Assembly (NCBI GenBank): GCA_025362095.1 | Contig: JANYIJ010000100.1 | Location: 775-64,774, forward strand | DNA: 64,000 nt | Direction of reading: 5' to 3' | From: Gemmatimonadota bacterium | GTDB taxonomy: Bacteria; Gemmatimonadota; Gemmatimonadetes; Gemmatimonadales; Gemmatimonadaceae | Part shown: one piece after another, positions 52,046 through 61,403 of the stretch | Layout: each line of letters opens with the position of its first letter | Position numbering within the stretch: the first letter of the stretch is position 1 | Notes under the pieces: generated by a model | The model's database searches: none | What the model was told of the DNA's origin: nothing | Seen by the model: only the letters and a program-made list of their open reading frames with translations | Translations under genes and position numbers: made by a program

Positions 52046-54258
52046 GCGAGCCAACCGTCTCCCTGATCGATTCGTTCGCGCCCGAGTACCGGGTGGAGCG
52101 CGAACTGGGGCGGGGTGCAACCGCCAGAGTCTATCTCGCGGAAGACATCAAGCACCAGCGGCGCGTGGCGATCAAGGTGCTTCGCGAGGAAATCGCTGAG
52201 AGCCTCGGCACCGAGCGTTTCATGCAGGAGATCGTCGTGGCGGCGGGTCTCTCGCATCCTCATATCGTGCCGTTGCTCGATTCAGGCAAGCGCGCGGGCG
52301 CGCTCTACTATGTCATGCCGGCGATCGAGGGTGAGACGCTGCGCGAGCGGCTGACGCGTGAGAACCCAATGCCGATCGCCGACGCGCTGCGTATTACGAG
52401 CCAGGTCGCCGACGCACTCGCATTCTCACATTCGCGCGGCATCATCCATCGCGACGTGAAGCCCGAGAACATACTGATCGCGAGATCCGGCCACGCACTC
52501 GTGCTCGATTTCGGCATCGCGCGCGCGATTCGCGACGCCGAGTCGGACCGCATGACGCAGACCGGATTTTCCCTTGGCACGCCCGCGTACATGAGCCCCG
52601 AGCAGGCGTCCGGCGAACGCGAGGTCGATGCGCGCACCGACCAGTACTCGCTCGCGATGATGTGCTTTGAAATGCTCACCGGAACGACGCCGTTTCACGC
52701 GCCGTCGCTGGAGCTGAGCCTGCGGCGCCGCTTCACCGAACGCGCGCCAAGCGTGCGCAGCCTCCGGCCGGAAGTAGGGAAGGAGCAGGACGATGCGCTG
52801 CAACGCGCGATGTCCACGGCGCCCGAAGATCGCTACGCGACGATCGCCGAATTCGTGCCCATGCTGCTCCGTGCGCGCAATGAGGTGCTCACTACGGGCC
52901 AGGTCGCGAAGCGCCGGCCGGTGGTGGCGGTGCTCCCGCTCTCGAATATCAGCTCCGATCCGGAGAACCAGTTCCTCGCCGACGGAATCGCCGAGGAAAT
53001 TCTTGGCGCTCTCGCGCAGCTGAAGGCGCTGGCCGTGGTCGGCAGATCGTCATCGTTCGCGTTTCGCGGTGATAACGTGGACGTGAAGAAGATCGCCGAC
53101 CAGCTGCACGCGACGCACGTGCTCTCCGGCAGCATGCGCCGATCCGGATCTAAACTGCGCGTCTCGGCTCAGCTTGTGACGACGGCAGACGGCCAGGTCG
53201 TGTGGTCCGAGCGTTTCGATCGCGAACTGGTCGACGTGTTCGCGATTCAGGATGAGATCGCGGCGGCCGTGTCGTCAGCGCTGCGGCTCGTGCTCGTGCC
53301 GGCCACGACGCGGCCTTCCCACACGCCGAATCTCAAAGCGCACGAACTGTTCCTGCGCGCACGCGCGCTCTGGCTGCTCGGCCCCGCGCGATACGCGGAA
53401 GCGAAAGAGCTGATCGATCTGGGCATGAAGATGGATCCCGAGTCGGTGGCGGGGCAGTCGTTGCTCGCCGGATATCTCGCGATCACCGGCATTTACGGAA
53501 TGGCCAGACCGTCGGATGTGTTCCCAAAGGCAAAGGCTGTTGCGAACCAGGTGCTGGAGCAGGGGCCGGATGCGTTCGCGTTGTATGTGCTCGGGCTGGC
53601 CGCGTTCCTTTACGACTTCGACCCGCGGCAGGCGCGGCGGCTGTTTGAGGAATCGCTGCAGCTCTCGGGCCGCGCGCGCGCGATGTACGCGACGCTGCTC
53701 GTGGTTTCAGGCGAGCAGCCGCGCGCGTTCGAGGAGATGGCGGCCGCTCTGACAGAGGATCCATTCGACGCCAATACGCGGCAGCAGCACGTGGATCTCT
53801 TCTGGTACGCGCACCGGATTGACGAGGCGCTCGCGGAAGCGCGGCGGCTGCAGGAGCTGTTTCCCGAGTCGAGCACGGTGCATTTCCACCTCGCGAAGAT
53901 TCTGCTGCACACTGGCGAGACAGAAGAGGCGCTGCAGTGGGCGCAGCGGTCAGCGGCCGCGCGCCATCCGAGCGGCACGGCGTCGCTCGTCGAGATTCTT
54001 GCGAAGCTCGGAAAGACTCAGGAGGCGCGAGCCGTTCTCGATGCCGCGCTGGCGCACGCCCAGACGGCCTGGGTCTCGCCGGCAAATCTCGCGCGCATGC
54101 ACTTTGCACTTGGCGATAAAGATCTTGCGTTCGCGCAGATGGAACGCGCGGTGACCGAGCGCGATGCGCTCGTCGCTGGCTTCAAGGACGACCCGATGTA
54201 CGATCCGATGCGCGCGGATCCGCGTTTCGAGTCGTACGCGAAGAAAGTTCAGTATTAG
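52042..54258 (+). CDS. Ser/Thr protein kinase with central TolB-N-like/CsgG-like module and C-terminal TPR-like helical repeats
   Basis: Hanks motifs are present: RVAIKVL, HRDVKPENILI, DFGIAR and GTPAYMSPEQ. The PVVAVLPLSNISSDPENQFLADGIAEEI module is followed by helical repeats. The start overlaps the methyltransferase stop (GTGA). Confidence 0.9.
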   Translation: MSEPTVSLIDSFAPEYRVERELGRGATARVYLAEDIKHQRRVAIKVLREEIAESLGTERFMQEIVVAAGLSHPHIVPLLDSGKRAGALYYVMPAIEGETLRERLTRENPMPIADALRITSQVADALAFSHSRGIIHRDVKPENILIARSGHALVLDFGIARAIRDAESDRMTQTGFSLGTPAYMSPEQASGEREVDARTDQYSLAMMCFEMLTGTTPFHAPSLELSLRRRFTERAPSVRSLRPEVGKEQDDALQRAMSTAPEDRYATIAEFVPMLLRARNEVLTTGQVAKRRPVVAVLPLSNISSDPENQFLADGIAEEILGALAQLKALAVVGRSSSFAFRGDNVDVKKIADQLHATHVLSGSMRRSGSKLRVSAQLVTTADGQVVWSERFDRELVDVFAIQDEIAAAVSSALRLVLVPATTRPSHTPNLKAHELFLRARALWLLGPARYAEAKELIDLGMKMDPESVAGQSLLAGYLAITGIYGMARPSDVFPKAKAVANQVLEQGPDAFALYVLGLAAFLYDFDPRQARRLFEESLQLSGRARAMYATLLVVSGEQPRAFEEMAAALTEDPFDANTRQQHVDLFWYAHRIDEALAEARRLQELFPESSTVHFHLAKILLHTGETEEALQWAQRSAAARHPSGTASLVEILAKLGKTQEARAVLDAALAHAQTAWVSPANLARMHFALGDKDLAFAQMERAVTERDALVAGFKDDPMYDPMRADPRFESYAKKVQY

Positions 54259-54267
54259 CTGCGACCG

Positions 54268-57200
54268 TCAGTATTTGGGGACGACCGGAGCCTCCCTGAT
54301 GTTCGGCCAGCTCGAGAGCAGCGATCCCTCGCGATGCCCTTTCGCGGTGGCTGGTTCCCCCGGCGCTCCTGGGTTCGCGACAAGCTGGTCGACAATCCAC
54401 GATCCGAGCGCTCGATAGCTCTCGAACTGTGACTCGCTGAAGAACTGATCGGCGCTTGACTCCTGCGGAAACGTCGGCGAGAGGTTCGCGTAGTTGATCA
54501 CGTCGCGCGGTTCGATCGTTCCATACACGGCAGGCTTCAGGTACACGAGCACGCCGTCGTAGTCGTCGGGCGTGCAGCCCGGTGGCATGTCGATCGCCGA
54601 GTAGCGGATCTTTGCCGTCGCCCAGTACGCGCCTTTGGTGCCGTCACCGCTCCTGATGTTCACCGGCTGATCGAACTCAATTGGAATTCCAAAATCGATG
54701 CGAATCTTGCGCACGGCATTGCCGAGATCTTCGAATGTGTAGTCGGGATCCGCGCCAGCGTCGCTGAGCACGATGAACCGGCAGCGGCGGAAGACCATTT
54801 CGTAGAGCGCCAGATTTTCGAAGTGGCCGCCGTCGGAGAGGTAGACGTACTCACTGCGATCGCTCGTCAGTCCGAACATTTCCGAAAGAATCGGCGTGAG
54901 CCGGGATTTCGGATTGGCGAGCTTCCACGTGTTGGCGCCCGGCGCTCCGGGATTTCCGAGCCACCAGCCTAGCCGGGCATTGAAGAACGTCATGAGAAAT
55001 GCGCCGAGCGCGGTGGTGCCGGAACCGTCGTTCGGACTCGCCGCAGCTCCCGAGATCGCCATGGCCGTGCCGAGGCTCACGCCGCTCGCGCCGCCGTAAC
55101 CGGGCTTCGCCGGCTGGAGGCGAGTGGTGGGTTTTGGGTGCGGCTCCATTCGACGATATCCCGTGAACGCCGACCCTGCATGCAACGGCGTCAGCGTCAT
55201 CGACTCTCCCTTTCTCTGCTGCCAGGCGAGATTGCGGCCAGCGTTGAGATTGAGCGTGACGTTCAGCACGTGCATCGGCGGCACTTCCTCCGAGCGATTA
55301 CCGTTTTCTCCAGCCTCTGCGGCGTTGACTCTCGCCGGCCAGAGATCGCGCATCGGCAGATCGTCCTGGCTGTCGAATCCCGTGAACGGATTCGGATTGC
55401 GCGCCGAAGATGCCCGAGTCGTTCCGAGGAAGGCGCGGACCGTGCGCGAGCGCCACATCGCGTGAAGCGAGAACGTGTTGGTGTTGACTCTCGTGCTGAA
55501 CAGCACACCCGCCAGAATCATGATCACCATCAGCACCAGCACGCCCAGTGCCAGGGCGTTTTCGGAGGGCTGATGATGCGTCTTCGCGGTGTTGACGCTA
55601 TCAAGAACGCGCTGGACTGAATCGGCGCCCCTCGATCTCCGTTCAATGTCGGTCTTGAGTGCCGTGTCGACATCCAGCGCGTGCTCGACTGCTCGAAAAA
55701 GCAGCTCCGGGGGCACCACTTTCTGCTCGCTGACGGACTCAAAGTGGTTGTTGCGCGCGAGCGTAAACTTGCGGAAGCTCTGCAAGACTCCGTTAAGTGA
55801 ATCAGATTCGTCGAGGCTGTATCCCTCTTTCGCTCCCGCGCGGCGGATCAGGCGCGTCGCCATGCTGTCGCGTGAGAGCGTCGCAGCGGTCAGCGCGTGC
55901 GACGCGGCCACAATCGTCGAATCCGCGACTCTCGAGGAATCCCTTTCCGTCGCAGACACCGGAACTCTCGGAATGTCGGCAGCAAGCTTCGCTTGCAGCT
56001 CGGTGCGCGCGACCGACGCTTGCTCTGACTTCGCATACTCGACTTCACGAAGCATTGGAACTGACGTCGAATCTTCCGTCGGTGGATTGCAGTGCAGCTG
56101 CCGAGAGAGAGAGTCGCTGCGGCAAACGAGGTTGAGCGTCCCTTCGTTCGCGGCGGCCAGTCCGATGATGATGCAGAACACCACGGCCGGCATCGCGAGA
56201 GAAAGCGCGGAGCTCGCGATCCTGGCGCCAATCGACGGCTTTCCGGTTGTCGGAGTCGTCGACTGCTTGCTCAACACGATCGTCAGCCAGCTCGAGACGC
56301 CACCCACGCCAATGACGGTCAGCTTCTGCCAGAGTCCCGCGATGAGCTGCGGACCGAAGAGCACCACCGCGCTCGAGACCGACCACACGATCGCGGCGAC
56401 GATCACCCATGCGTTCGCGCGCGCGGCCCATTCGCGCTCCGCGTCGCTCGATTCGTTGCTGGTGAGTCCTGTGTAGAGTTGATTCGACCCGACGCTTCCG
56501 AGCAAGAGCGCGCTCGTTCCGAACGTCACGTACATCTCGCGCGCGAAGCCGTCGAGCACGAAGAACGCCACGAAGTATCCGGCCCAGCCGCAGAAAATGA
56601 CGATGGCCGCGCGGCCCAGCGCATGCCAGCGTGAGTGGCGTCCTCTCCGTCGCAGTCCCATGACAAACACTATGAGCATCGCGACGACACCCATTACGAT
56701 CAGCGCGCCCATGAACTTGCTCATGATCTCATAGCTCGGACGAAGCGTGTCCCAGTGATCCGCGTGGTAGAACGCGAATGCCGTTACTGCCGAACCGATG
56801 ATGCGTGGAATGAAAAAGAGATAGAGGAATTGCTGCGGTGTAGCGGAATCACGGCGACCGCTTCCGAGGTCACCCGTCCCTGTGCGCACCCGCTCCACGA
56901 ATCCGCTGGAGATGGAGAGCAGCACAAAGCCGAGCATCAAACCGGCGATTGCCACTCTCGCGGGATGGCTCGGCAACTCGTGTTCCGCCGCGAGGGCCGC
57001 AAGCAGGAGTCTGGGAATCATCACGATGCCGGCGAGCAGTGGCAGCAGCACCAGCCAGTTCAGCAGCAGATTTCTAATGACGGTCGCGATCACCGTCCAG
57101 CTGTCGATCGACATCGCGCTTGCGTTTGGCGTGAGCCAATGGCTGAACGCGCGCAGTCCCTGGAGCGGCTCGGGTTCCGGCTGGAGTTTTTCCCGTCCGG

Positions 57201-58050
57201 GTTGACGGAGCGCTTCGTGCACGGCTTTCGCGCCATCGCGGCGCATCCACCCGGTGAGCCACCCGCCCGAAAGGCCGCCGCCGGAAACAGTCGAGAGATA
57301 GTCGAACTTTCCGAGCAGCCCATGTTTCGCGAGTCCCTGCATCACGCCGAGCGCGAATGTGGAGCTGCGGATTCCACCACCCGAGAGACAGAGCGCCGAT
57401 GTATCTCGCAGTCGTGCTTTGTCGAACACGGTCGCGAGGCGCCGGTCGCGCATGAGCGCGATGAGATGCGGGAACGCGGCCTCGATCAGCTCTCGATTTG
57501 CTCGCCGGACAAATTGCTTTTGTGCGTCGTCTGCGGTCACGCCTGGCAGCGGTTCGCCGAGCGCGTCGATGCTGCCGGCCTCCACGAACGACCGAAACGC
57601 CTGGACATCCATGAGGCGCATGCCGAGCAGCGCGTTGAAGCGCGCGGTGAGCGCCGCCGCGAACGCGTTCGCGGCAGGTCCAGCTTTCCGCTCAGCAGCC
57701 TTTTCGTAGGAGTCGAGCGCGGCGAGAAGATCGGCGTCCGAAAGCAGGAAGCGTCCGACCGCATCGCGAGGAGTCGATTCGTCGTCGAGCTTGACGCGTG
57801 GAGCGCCGGTATGCGGAAGGGAGAGATCCTCCGCGCCGAGCGATGCGCGGAGGTCGCGCGCCATCGCGGGAATATCGACGAACTGCGGCGGATCGAACTC
57901 CACCGGTACGGTCTCCATCGCGCCGGTGATGTCTTCGCCGTGCATTGCCTCATGCTCGTCCGCGAGCGCGCGCTCGACGGGCAGCACTCCTTCGGCCTTC
58001 TTCCAATCGATTGCCCGATTCGACGGATTGTTGCGGCTGAACAGACTCAT
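54268..58050 (-). CDS. 1260-aa polytopic membrane protein with a split patatin/cPLA2-like lipid-hydrolase signature
   Basis: Start set at ATG 58050, with GGGAG 8 nt upstream. Oxyanion-hole motif LSGGGIRSS and nucleophile-elbow-like STVSGGG (Ser codon 57283-57285) lie near residue 270 of the track ORF. The catalytic-Asp motif YLSDGGHFENL (Asp codon 54832-54834) lies 817 residues later. About 10-11 hydrophobic helices and a roughly 190-aa soluble segment lie between them. Confidence 0.8.
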   Translation of the reverse strand: MSLFSRNNPSNRAIDWKKAEGVLPVERALADEHEAMHGEDITGAMETVPVEFDPPQFVDIPAMARDLRASLGAEDLSLPHTGAPRVKLDDESTPRDAVGRFLLSDADLLAALDSYEKAAERKAGPAANAFAAALTARFNALLGMRLMDVQAFRSFVEAGSIDALGEPLPGVTADDAQKQFVRRANRELIEAAFPHLIALMRDRRLATVFDKARLRDTSALCLSGGGIRSSTFALGVMQGLAKHGLLGKFDYLSTVSGGGLSGGWLTGWMRRDGAKAVHEALRQPGREKLQPEPEPLQGLRAFSHWLTPNASAMSIDSWTVIATVIRNLLLNWLVLLPLLAGIVMIPRLLLAALAAEHELPSHPARVAIAGLMLGFVLLSISSGFVERVRTGTGDLGSGRRDSATPQQFLYLFFIPRIIGSAVTAFAFYHADHWDTLRPSYEIMSKFMGALIVMGVVAMLIVFVMGLRRRGRHSRWHALGRAAIVIFCGWAGYFVAFFVLDGFAREMYVTFGTSALLLGSVGSNQLYTGLTSNESSDAEREWAARANAWVIVAAIVWSVSSAVVLFGPQLIAGLWQKLTVIGVGGVSSWLTIVLSKQSTTPTTGKPSIGARIASSALSLAMPAVVFCIIIGLAAANEGTLNLVCRSDSLSRQLHCNPPTEDSTSVPMLREVEYAKSEQASVARTELQAKLAADIPRVPVSATERDSSRVADSTIVAASHALTAATLSRDSMATRLIRRAGAKEGYSLDESDSLNGVLQSFRKFTLARNNHFESVSEQKVVPPELLFRAVEHALDVDTALKTDIERRSRGADSVQRVLDSVNTAKTHHQPSENALALGVLVLMVIMILAGVLFSTRVNTNTFSLHAMWRSRTVRAFLGTTRASSARNPNPFTGFDSQDDLPMRDLWPARVNAAEAGENGNRSEEVPPMHVLNVTLNLNAGRNLAWQQRKGESMTLTPLHAGSAFTGYRRMEPHPKPTTRLQPAKPGYGGASGVSLGTAMAISGAAASPNDGSGTTALGAFLMTFFNARLGWWLGNPGAPGANTWKLANPKSRLTPILSEMFGLTSDRSEYVYLSDGGHFENLALYEMVFRRCRFIVLSDAGADPDYTFEDLGNAVRKIRIDFGIPIEFDQPVNIRSGDGTKGAYWATAKIRYSAIDMPPGCTPDDYDGVLVYLKPAVYGTIEPRDVINYANLSPTFPQESSADQFFSESQFESYRALGSWIVDQLVANPGAPGEPATAKGHREGSLLSSWPNIREAPVVPKY

Positions 58051-58146
58051 CTCGCTACTCCCTGAGGCGGGGGACTTCTGCGGCGACGGCAAACGTCGAG
58101 GCAAAGGCTCGCGGAGTCAAGCGATACGTCTTGATTTATGCCACGA

Positions 58147-58782
58147 TCACGCGGCTGCGTTCGGCGAGATCAAAAAGCGGCAGCTCGGCTGACCGCTGCG
58201 GTCGCAGCGCTCCTTCACCGTTCCACCCGTGACGTCGTGAAGGAGCTGCTCGAGGAGCGCGCACGACGCCGGGCACTCGGTCACGGCGTCGGACAGAATG
58301 CACCCGTGTCCGCGGATCTCGTAGTGTTTCCCGGACTGCACGAGATCGGCATCCGCGCCAAGGTCGGTGAGAAACGATGCGCTCGCCCTCACGCGATCGT
58401 CAAACGTGGCGCGCGCGGGCAGAGACGAAGCGAGCCGATGTCCCGCGTGCCGCAGCAACGATTCCACCTGCTTCGGCGTCATACGCTCGCGTAGCTCGGC
58501 CAGCAGCGCAGTCAGCACCGGCGCGTACGCGCTGGAGAAAAGCGCAGAAGAATCAGGCGCTATTCCATATAGCGTCGCCGGCTTGCCCACAGTGCCGTCG
58601 CGGCGCACCCCCGCCGACCAGACGACCTTTTCGCGTCCGAGCACAGCCAGCTGGGCGCGAACCGCATTGCCGGTGAGGCCCAGGGACTCGGCGAGTTCCT
58701 CGACGCTGCGCTCGCCGCGCCTCAACAGCGCGACTATTCGACTTCGGGTCGTTTTGCCGAACTGCCGCTGCCACCAGGCCAT
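58147..58782 (-). CDS. ArsR/winged-helix transcriptional regulator with Cys-rich C-terminal domain
   Basis: Start set at MAWWQRQF, preceded by GAGGGAGGA. HTH region TRSRIVALLRRGERSVEELAESLGLTGNAVRAQLAVL. The C-terminal domain has 5 Cys (HGCILSDAVTECPASCALL...ERC...PSC). Confidence 0.75.
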   Translation of the reverse strand: MAWWQRQFGKTTRSRIVALLRRGERSVEELAESLGLTGNAVRAQLAVLGREKVVWSAGVRRDGTVGKPATLYGIAPDSSALFSSAYAPVLTALLAELRERMTPKQVESLLRHAGHRLASSLPARATFDDRVRASASFLTDLGADADLVQSGKHYEIRGHGCILSDAVTECPASCALLEQLLHDVTGGTVKERCDRSGQPSCRFLISPNAAA

Positions 58783-58925
58783 GGAATCCTCCCTCGGTAC
58801 AAGGTAACGGTAACTCGTGATCCGCAATAAGTCAAAGAAAACCTTGACATATTGGAATCCGGTGACCAGCTTCCTGTCGTATCCCACATGTCCACCGAGC
58901 CAACCACCCGTTCGAGGAATATCAG

Positions 58926-59486
58926 ATGAAGAAGACGCTAGTTGTCGCCGCCGCCCTTCTCGCCGTCGCCGCGACGCAGTCCTCGTTGCAAGCACAGGCG
59001 CTCGCTGCCAAGCCTGCGCGCGCCGCTGTCGCCGCGCTCGACGATGCGACGATCGTCGCGATCTTCGATGCCGCCAACACGTGGGACATCGAGACGAGCC
59101 AGATCGCGGTCAAGAAGAGCAAGAACAAGGATGTGCTCATGTTCGCCGACATGATGATCAAGGATCACACGGCCGTCCGTAAGCTCGGCCGCGACCTGGT
59201 TGCAAAGCTCAAGGTGACGCCGACGCCCCCGGGCAAGGATTTCCCGCTGTACATCGACCACGTCGACGCGATGACGAAGCTCAACGCCGCGACCGGCGCC
59301 GAGTTCGACAAATGGTACATCGATCACGAGGTCACGTACCATCAGGCGGTGATCGACGCGGTCACGAAGACGCTGATTCCGGCTACGAAGAACGCGGAGG
59401 TTCTGGAGCTCGAGAACAAGGTCGCGCCGAACTTTGTAGCGCATCTTGCGGCCGGGAAGGCGGTGCAGGCGAAGGTCGGCAAGTAG
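58926..59486 (+). CDS. DUF4142-family exported protein
   Basis: Signal MKKTLVVAAALLAVAATQSSLQAQ. DDATIVAIFDAANTWDIETSQIAVKKS...MFADMMIKDHT and a second HE..YH half-repeat are typical of DUF4142. Confidence 0.75.
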   Translation: MKKTLVVAAALLAVAATQSSLQAQALAAKPARAAVAALDDATIVAIFDAANTWDIETSQIAVKKSKNKDVLMFADMMIKDHTAVRKLGRDLVAKLKVTPTPPGKDFPLYIDHVDAMTKLNAATGAEFDKWYIDHEVTYHQAVIDAVTKTLIPATKNAEVLELENKVAPNFVAHLAAGKAVQAKVGK

Positions 59487-59487
59487 C

Positions 59488-59563
59488 CTGAAGCGCGGAA
59501 GCCGGACGCCGGAAGTCCGAAGCCTTGTTCTCCGGCTTCCGGCTTCCGTGCTTCCGGCTTCAG
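59488..59563. terminator. Imperfect long hairpin built from GGAAGC/CCGGAA hexamers between convergent genes (probable bidirectional terminator)
   Basis: ctgaagc..ggaagc..gccggaag pairs with cttccggc..gcttcc..gcttcag around a loop near 59517-59535. It fills the whole 78-nt gap. There is no clean U-tract. Confidence 0.5.
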
Positions 59564-59564
59564 T

Positions 59565-60857
59565 TCAGTCCGCGAATGGCTTGTCGATCGCGACGCTCTG
59601 CTTGGAGAAGAAATGCGGGCCATCGTCGCCGATGTAGACGCAATCTTCGAGACGAATTCCGAACTCACCGGGGATCGCGATCGTCGGTTCGTCGCTGAAG
59701 CACATGCCGACGGCGATCGGCGTCATGTTTCCTTTCGTGAAGTTCGTCCACTCGTGGCCGTCGAGTCCGATGCCGTGGCCGGTGCGATGCGGGAGGCCGG
59801 GCACCTTGTACGCTGGGCCGAATCCCGCAGCGGTGATCACCTTTCGCGCGGCTGCGTCGACCGCCTCGCATGGCGCGCCGATTTTCATCGCCTTAAACGC
59901 TGCCGTCTGCGCCTCAAGTTCCTTGTTCCACACTTCGGTCTGCCGCGCGGTCGCCTTGCCGAACACCACGGTGCGCGTGATGTCTGATGCGTAGCCCTCC
60001 ACCTGCACGCCATCGTCGATCATCACGACGTCGCCCTCTTTCAGTTTCTGCGGCGTCGCACTGCCGTGCGGGAGCGCGGTGTATTTCCCGAACTGCACGC
60101 TGACAAAACCAGGGAAGCCGAGATTTCTGAACGCGGCCATAATGTTCCCCTGCAACTCGTCCTGCGGCATGCCGTCGCGCATCGTGGTGAGGCCCGCTTT
60201 GTACGCCGCAATCGTTACGTCGTTTGCGTGCTGCAGGAGGGCGATCTCCGCTTTCGACTTGATCACGCGGCAACCCGCGCTGACCGGAGTTCCGTCGACG
60301 ACTTCGAATCCCGAAGCCGCCTTGCGAATTCCGTCGGCGATAAAAAAGCGCACGCGCTCTTCGACGCCGATGCGATGATGCTTCACGCCGCGATCCTTGA
60401 CGATCCCGGCGATCAGGGCGTACGGGCTCTCGTGTTCCTGCCACACCCGCACTTCGTTTCCGAACGCCGGCTTGAGCTGCTCGCGCAGCCGGTCTTCTTC
60501 AAATCCCGGCGCGACGTAGCAGATGGCTCCGTTCGCGGGAATCACCACGCCGAAGGTGCGCTCGCTCTGGCCCCAGCGCATGCCGGTATAGTAGAAGCAG
60601 CTCGTGGTGCCTTCCATGAAGATCGCGTCGACCTTTTGCTCGCTCATCAGTTTCTGAGCTTTTGCGATGCGGCCTTTGCGTTCGTCGTCTGTGATCGGGA
60701 CGACGCCGTCTTTCATCGGCTTGAGATTGCGGACGATGTCGGGAAGGCCGGCGCCGCCGGCTGCTGCGCCCGGGCCGCCCTCTGCGTTGCAGGCGACGGC
60801 AAGAGAACCGGCGCCGAGTGCGGCGGTTTCGAGGAAACGACGGCGATTGAGAGGCAT
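59565..60857 (-). CDS. TAT-exported M24-family Xaa-Pro peptidase (prolidase/aminopeptidase P-like)
   Basis: Leader MPLNRRRFLETAALGAGSLAVAC. Pita-bread metal ligands occur in order (DDGVQVEGYASDITRT, HGIGLDGHE, FSDEP, RLED). Confidence 0.85.
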   Translation of the reverse strand: MPLNRRRFLETAALGAGSLAVACNAEGGPGAAAGGAGLPDIVRNLKPMKDGVVPITDDERKGRIAKAQKLMSEQKVDAIFMEGTTSCFYYTGMRWGQSERTFGVVIPANGAICYVAPGFEEDRLREQLKPAFGNEVRVWQEHESPYALIAGIVKDRGVKHHRIGVEERVRFFIADGIRKAASGFEVVDGTPVSAGCRVIKSKAEIALLQHANDVTIAAYKAGLTTMRDGMPQDELQGNIMAAFRNLGFPGFVSVQFGKYTALPHGSATPQKLKEGDVVMIDDGVQVEGYASDITRTVVFGKATARQTEVWNKELEAQTAAFKAMKIGAPCEAVDAAARKVITAAGFGPAYKVPGLPHRTGHGIGLDGHEWTNFTKGNMTPIAVGMCFSDEPTIAIPGEFGIRLEDCVYIGDDGPHFFSKQSVAIDKPFAD

Positions 60858-60965
60858 GGTTGTCAGGTGTGAGACGGGAGATGGAAGACCCTAGACGAAC
60901 TGCACGAGCTATAATTGTGGGACACAGACGCGACTCTGGCGAGCGAACCCTCAAGGAAACTTTGA

Positions 60966-61355
60966 ATGCCACGCAAACACGTTGAGAGCAAACGCGGCCC
61001 GGCCGCACTCGGGCCCTACTCGCCGGCGGTGTGGGCGGGAAAGCTGCTCTATCTGTCCGGCCAGACGCCGGTCGATCCCGCGAACGGGAGACTGATCGAT
61101 GGCGACGTCGACGCGCAGACGATGCGCGCGTTCGACAACCTCGAACTCGTGCTCGGCGACGCCGGGCTCTCGATGGACAACGTCATCAAGTGCAACGTGT
61201 ATCTCACCGACATGCTCGATTTTCCGGCGATGAACACGGCGTATCAGCGGCGCTTCGCGAAGCCGTATCCGGCGCGAACGACGGTAGCCGTCGCGGGACT
61301 GCCGCTAAACGCGCGGGTTGAAATCGAGATGGTCGCGAGAAAGGGAAAGCCCTGA
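60966..61355 (+). CDS. ridA: RidA/YjgF/UK114 family reactive-intermediate deaminase
   Basis: GPYSPAV...LYLSGQ...KCNVYLTDMLDFPAMN..Y...F....PARTTVAVAGLPLNARVEIE is the canonical family pattern. Confidence 0.9.
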   Translation: MPRKHVESKRGPAALGPYSPAVWAGKLLYLSGQTPVDPANGRLIDGDVDAQTMRAFDNLELVLGDAGLSMDNVIKCNVYLTDMLDFPAMNTAYQRRFAKPYPARTTVAVAGLPLNARVEIEMVARKGKP

Positions 61356-61403
61356 ACGACGGCGACCGGCAAGTAACTAGTCGCCGGCGTTCCCGTCGGC
61401 GCC

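Noticed and set aside
58844-58849. TTGACA hexamer upstream of the DUF4142 gene as a -35 box
   Set aside because: No acceptable -10 hexamer lies 16-18 nt downstream. The hexamer is also half of the inverted repeat discussed as a possible operator.
60910-60915. TATAAT hexamer upstream of ridA as a sigma70-type -10 box
   Set aside because: There is no convincing -35 element at 16-18 nt, and promoter consensus for this lineage is unknown to me. It is too weak to list as a feature.
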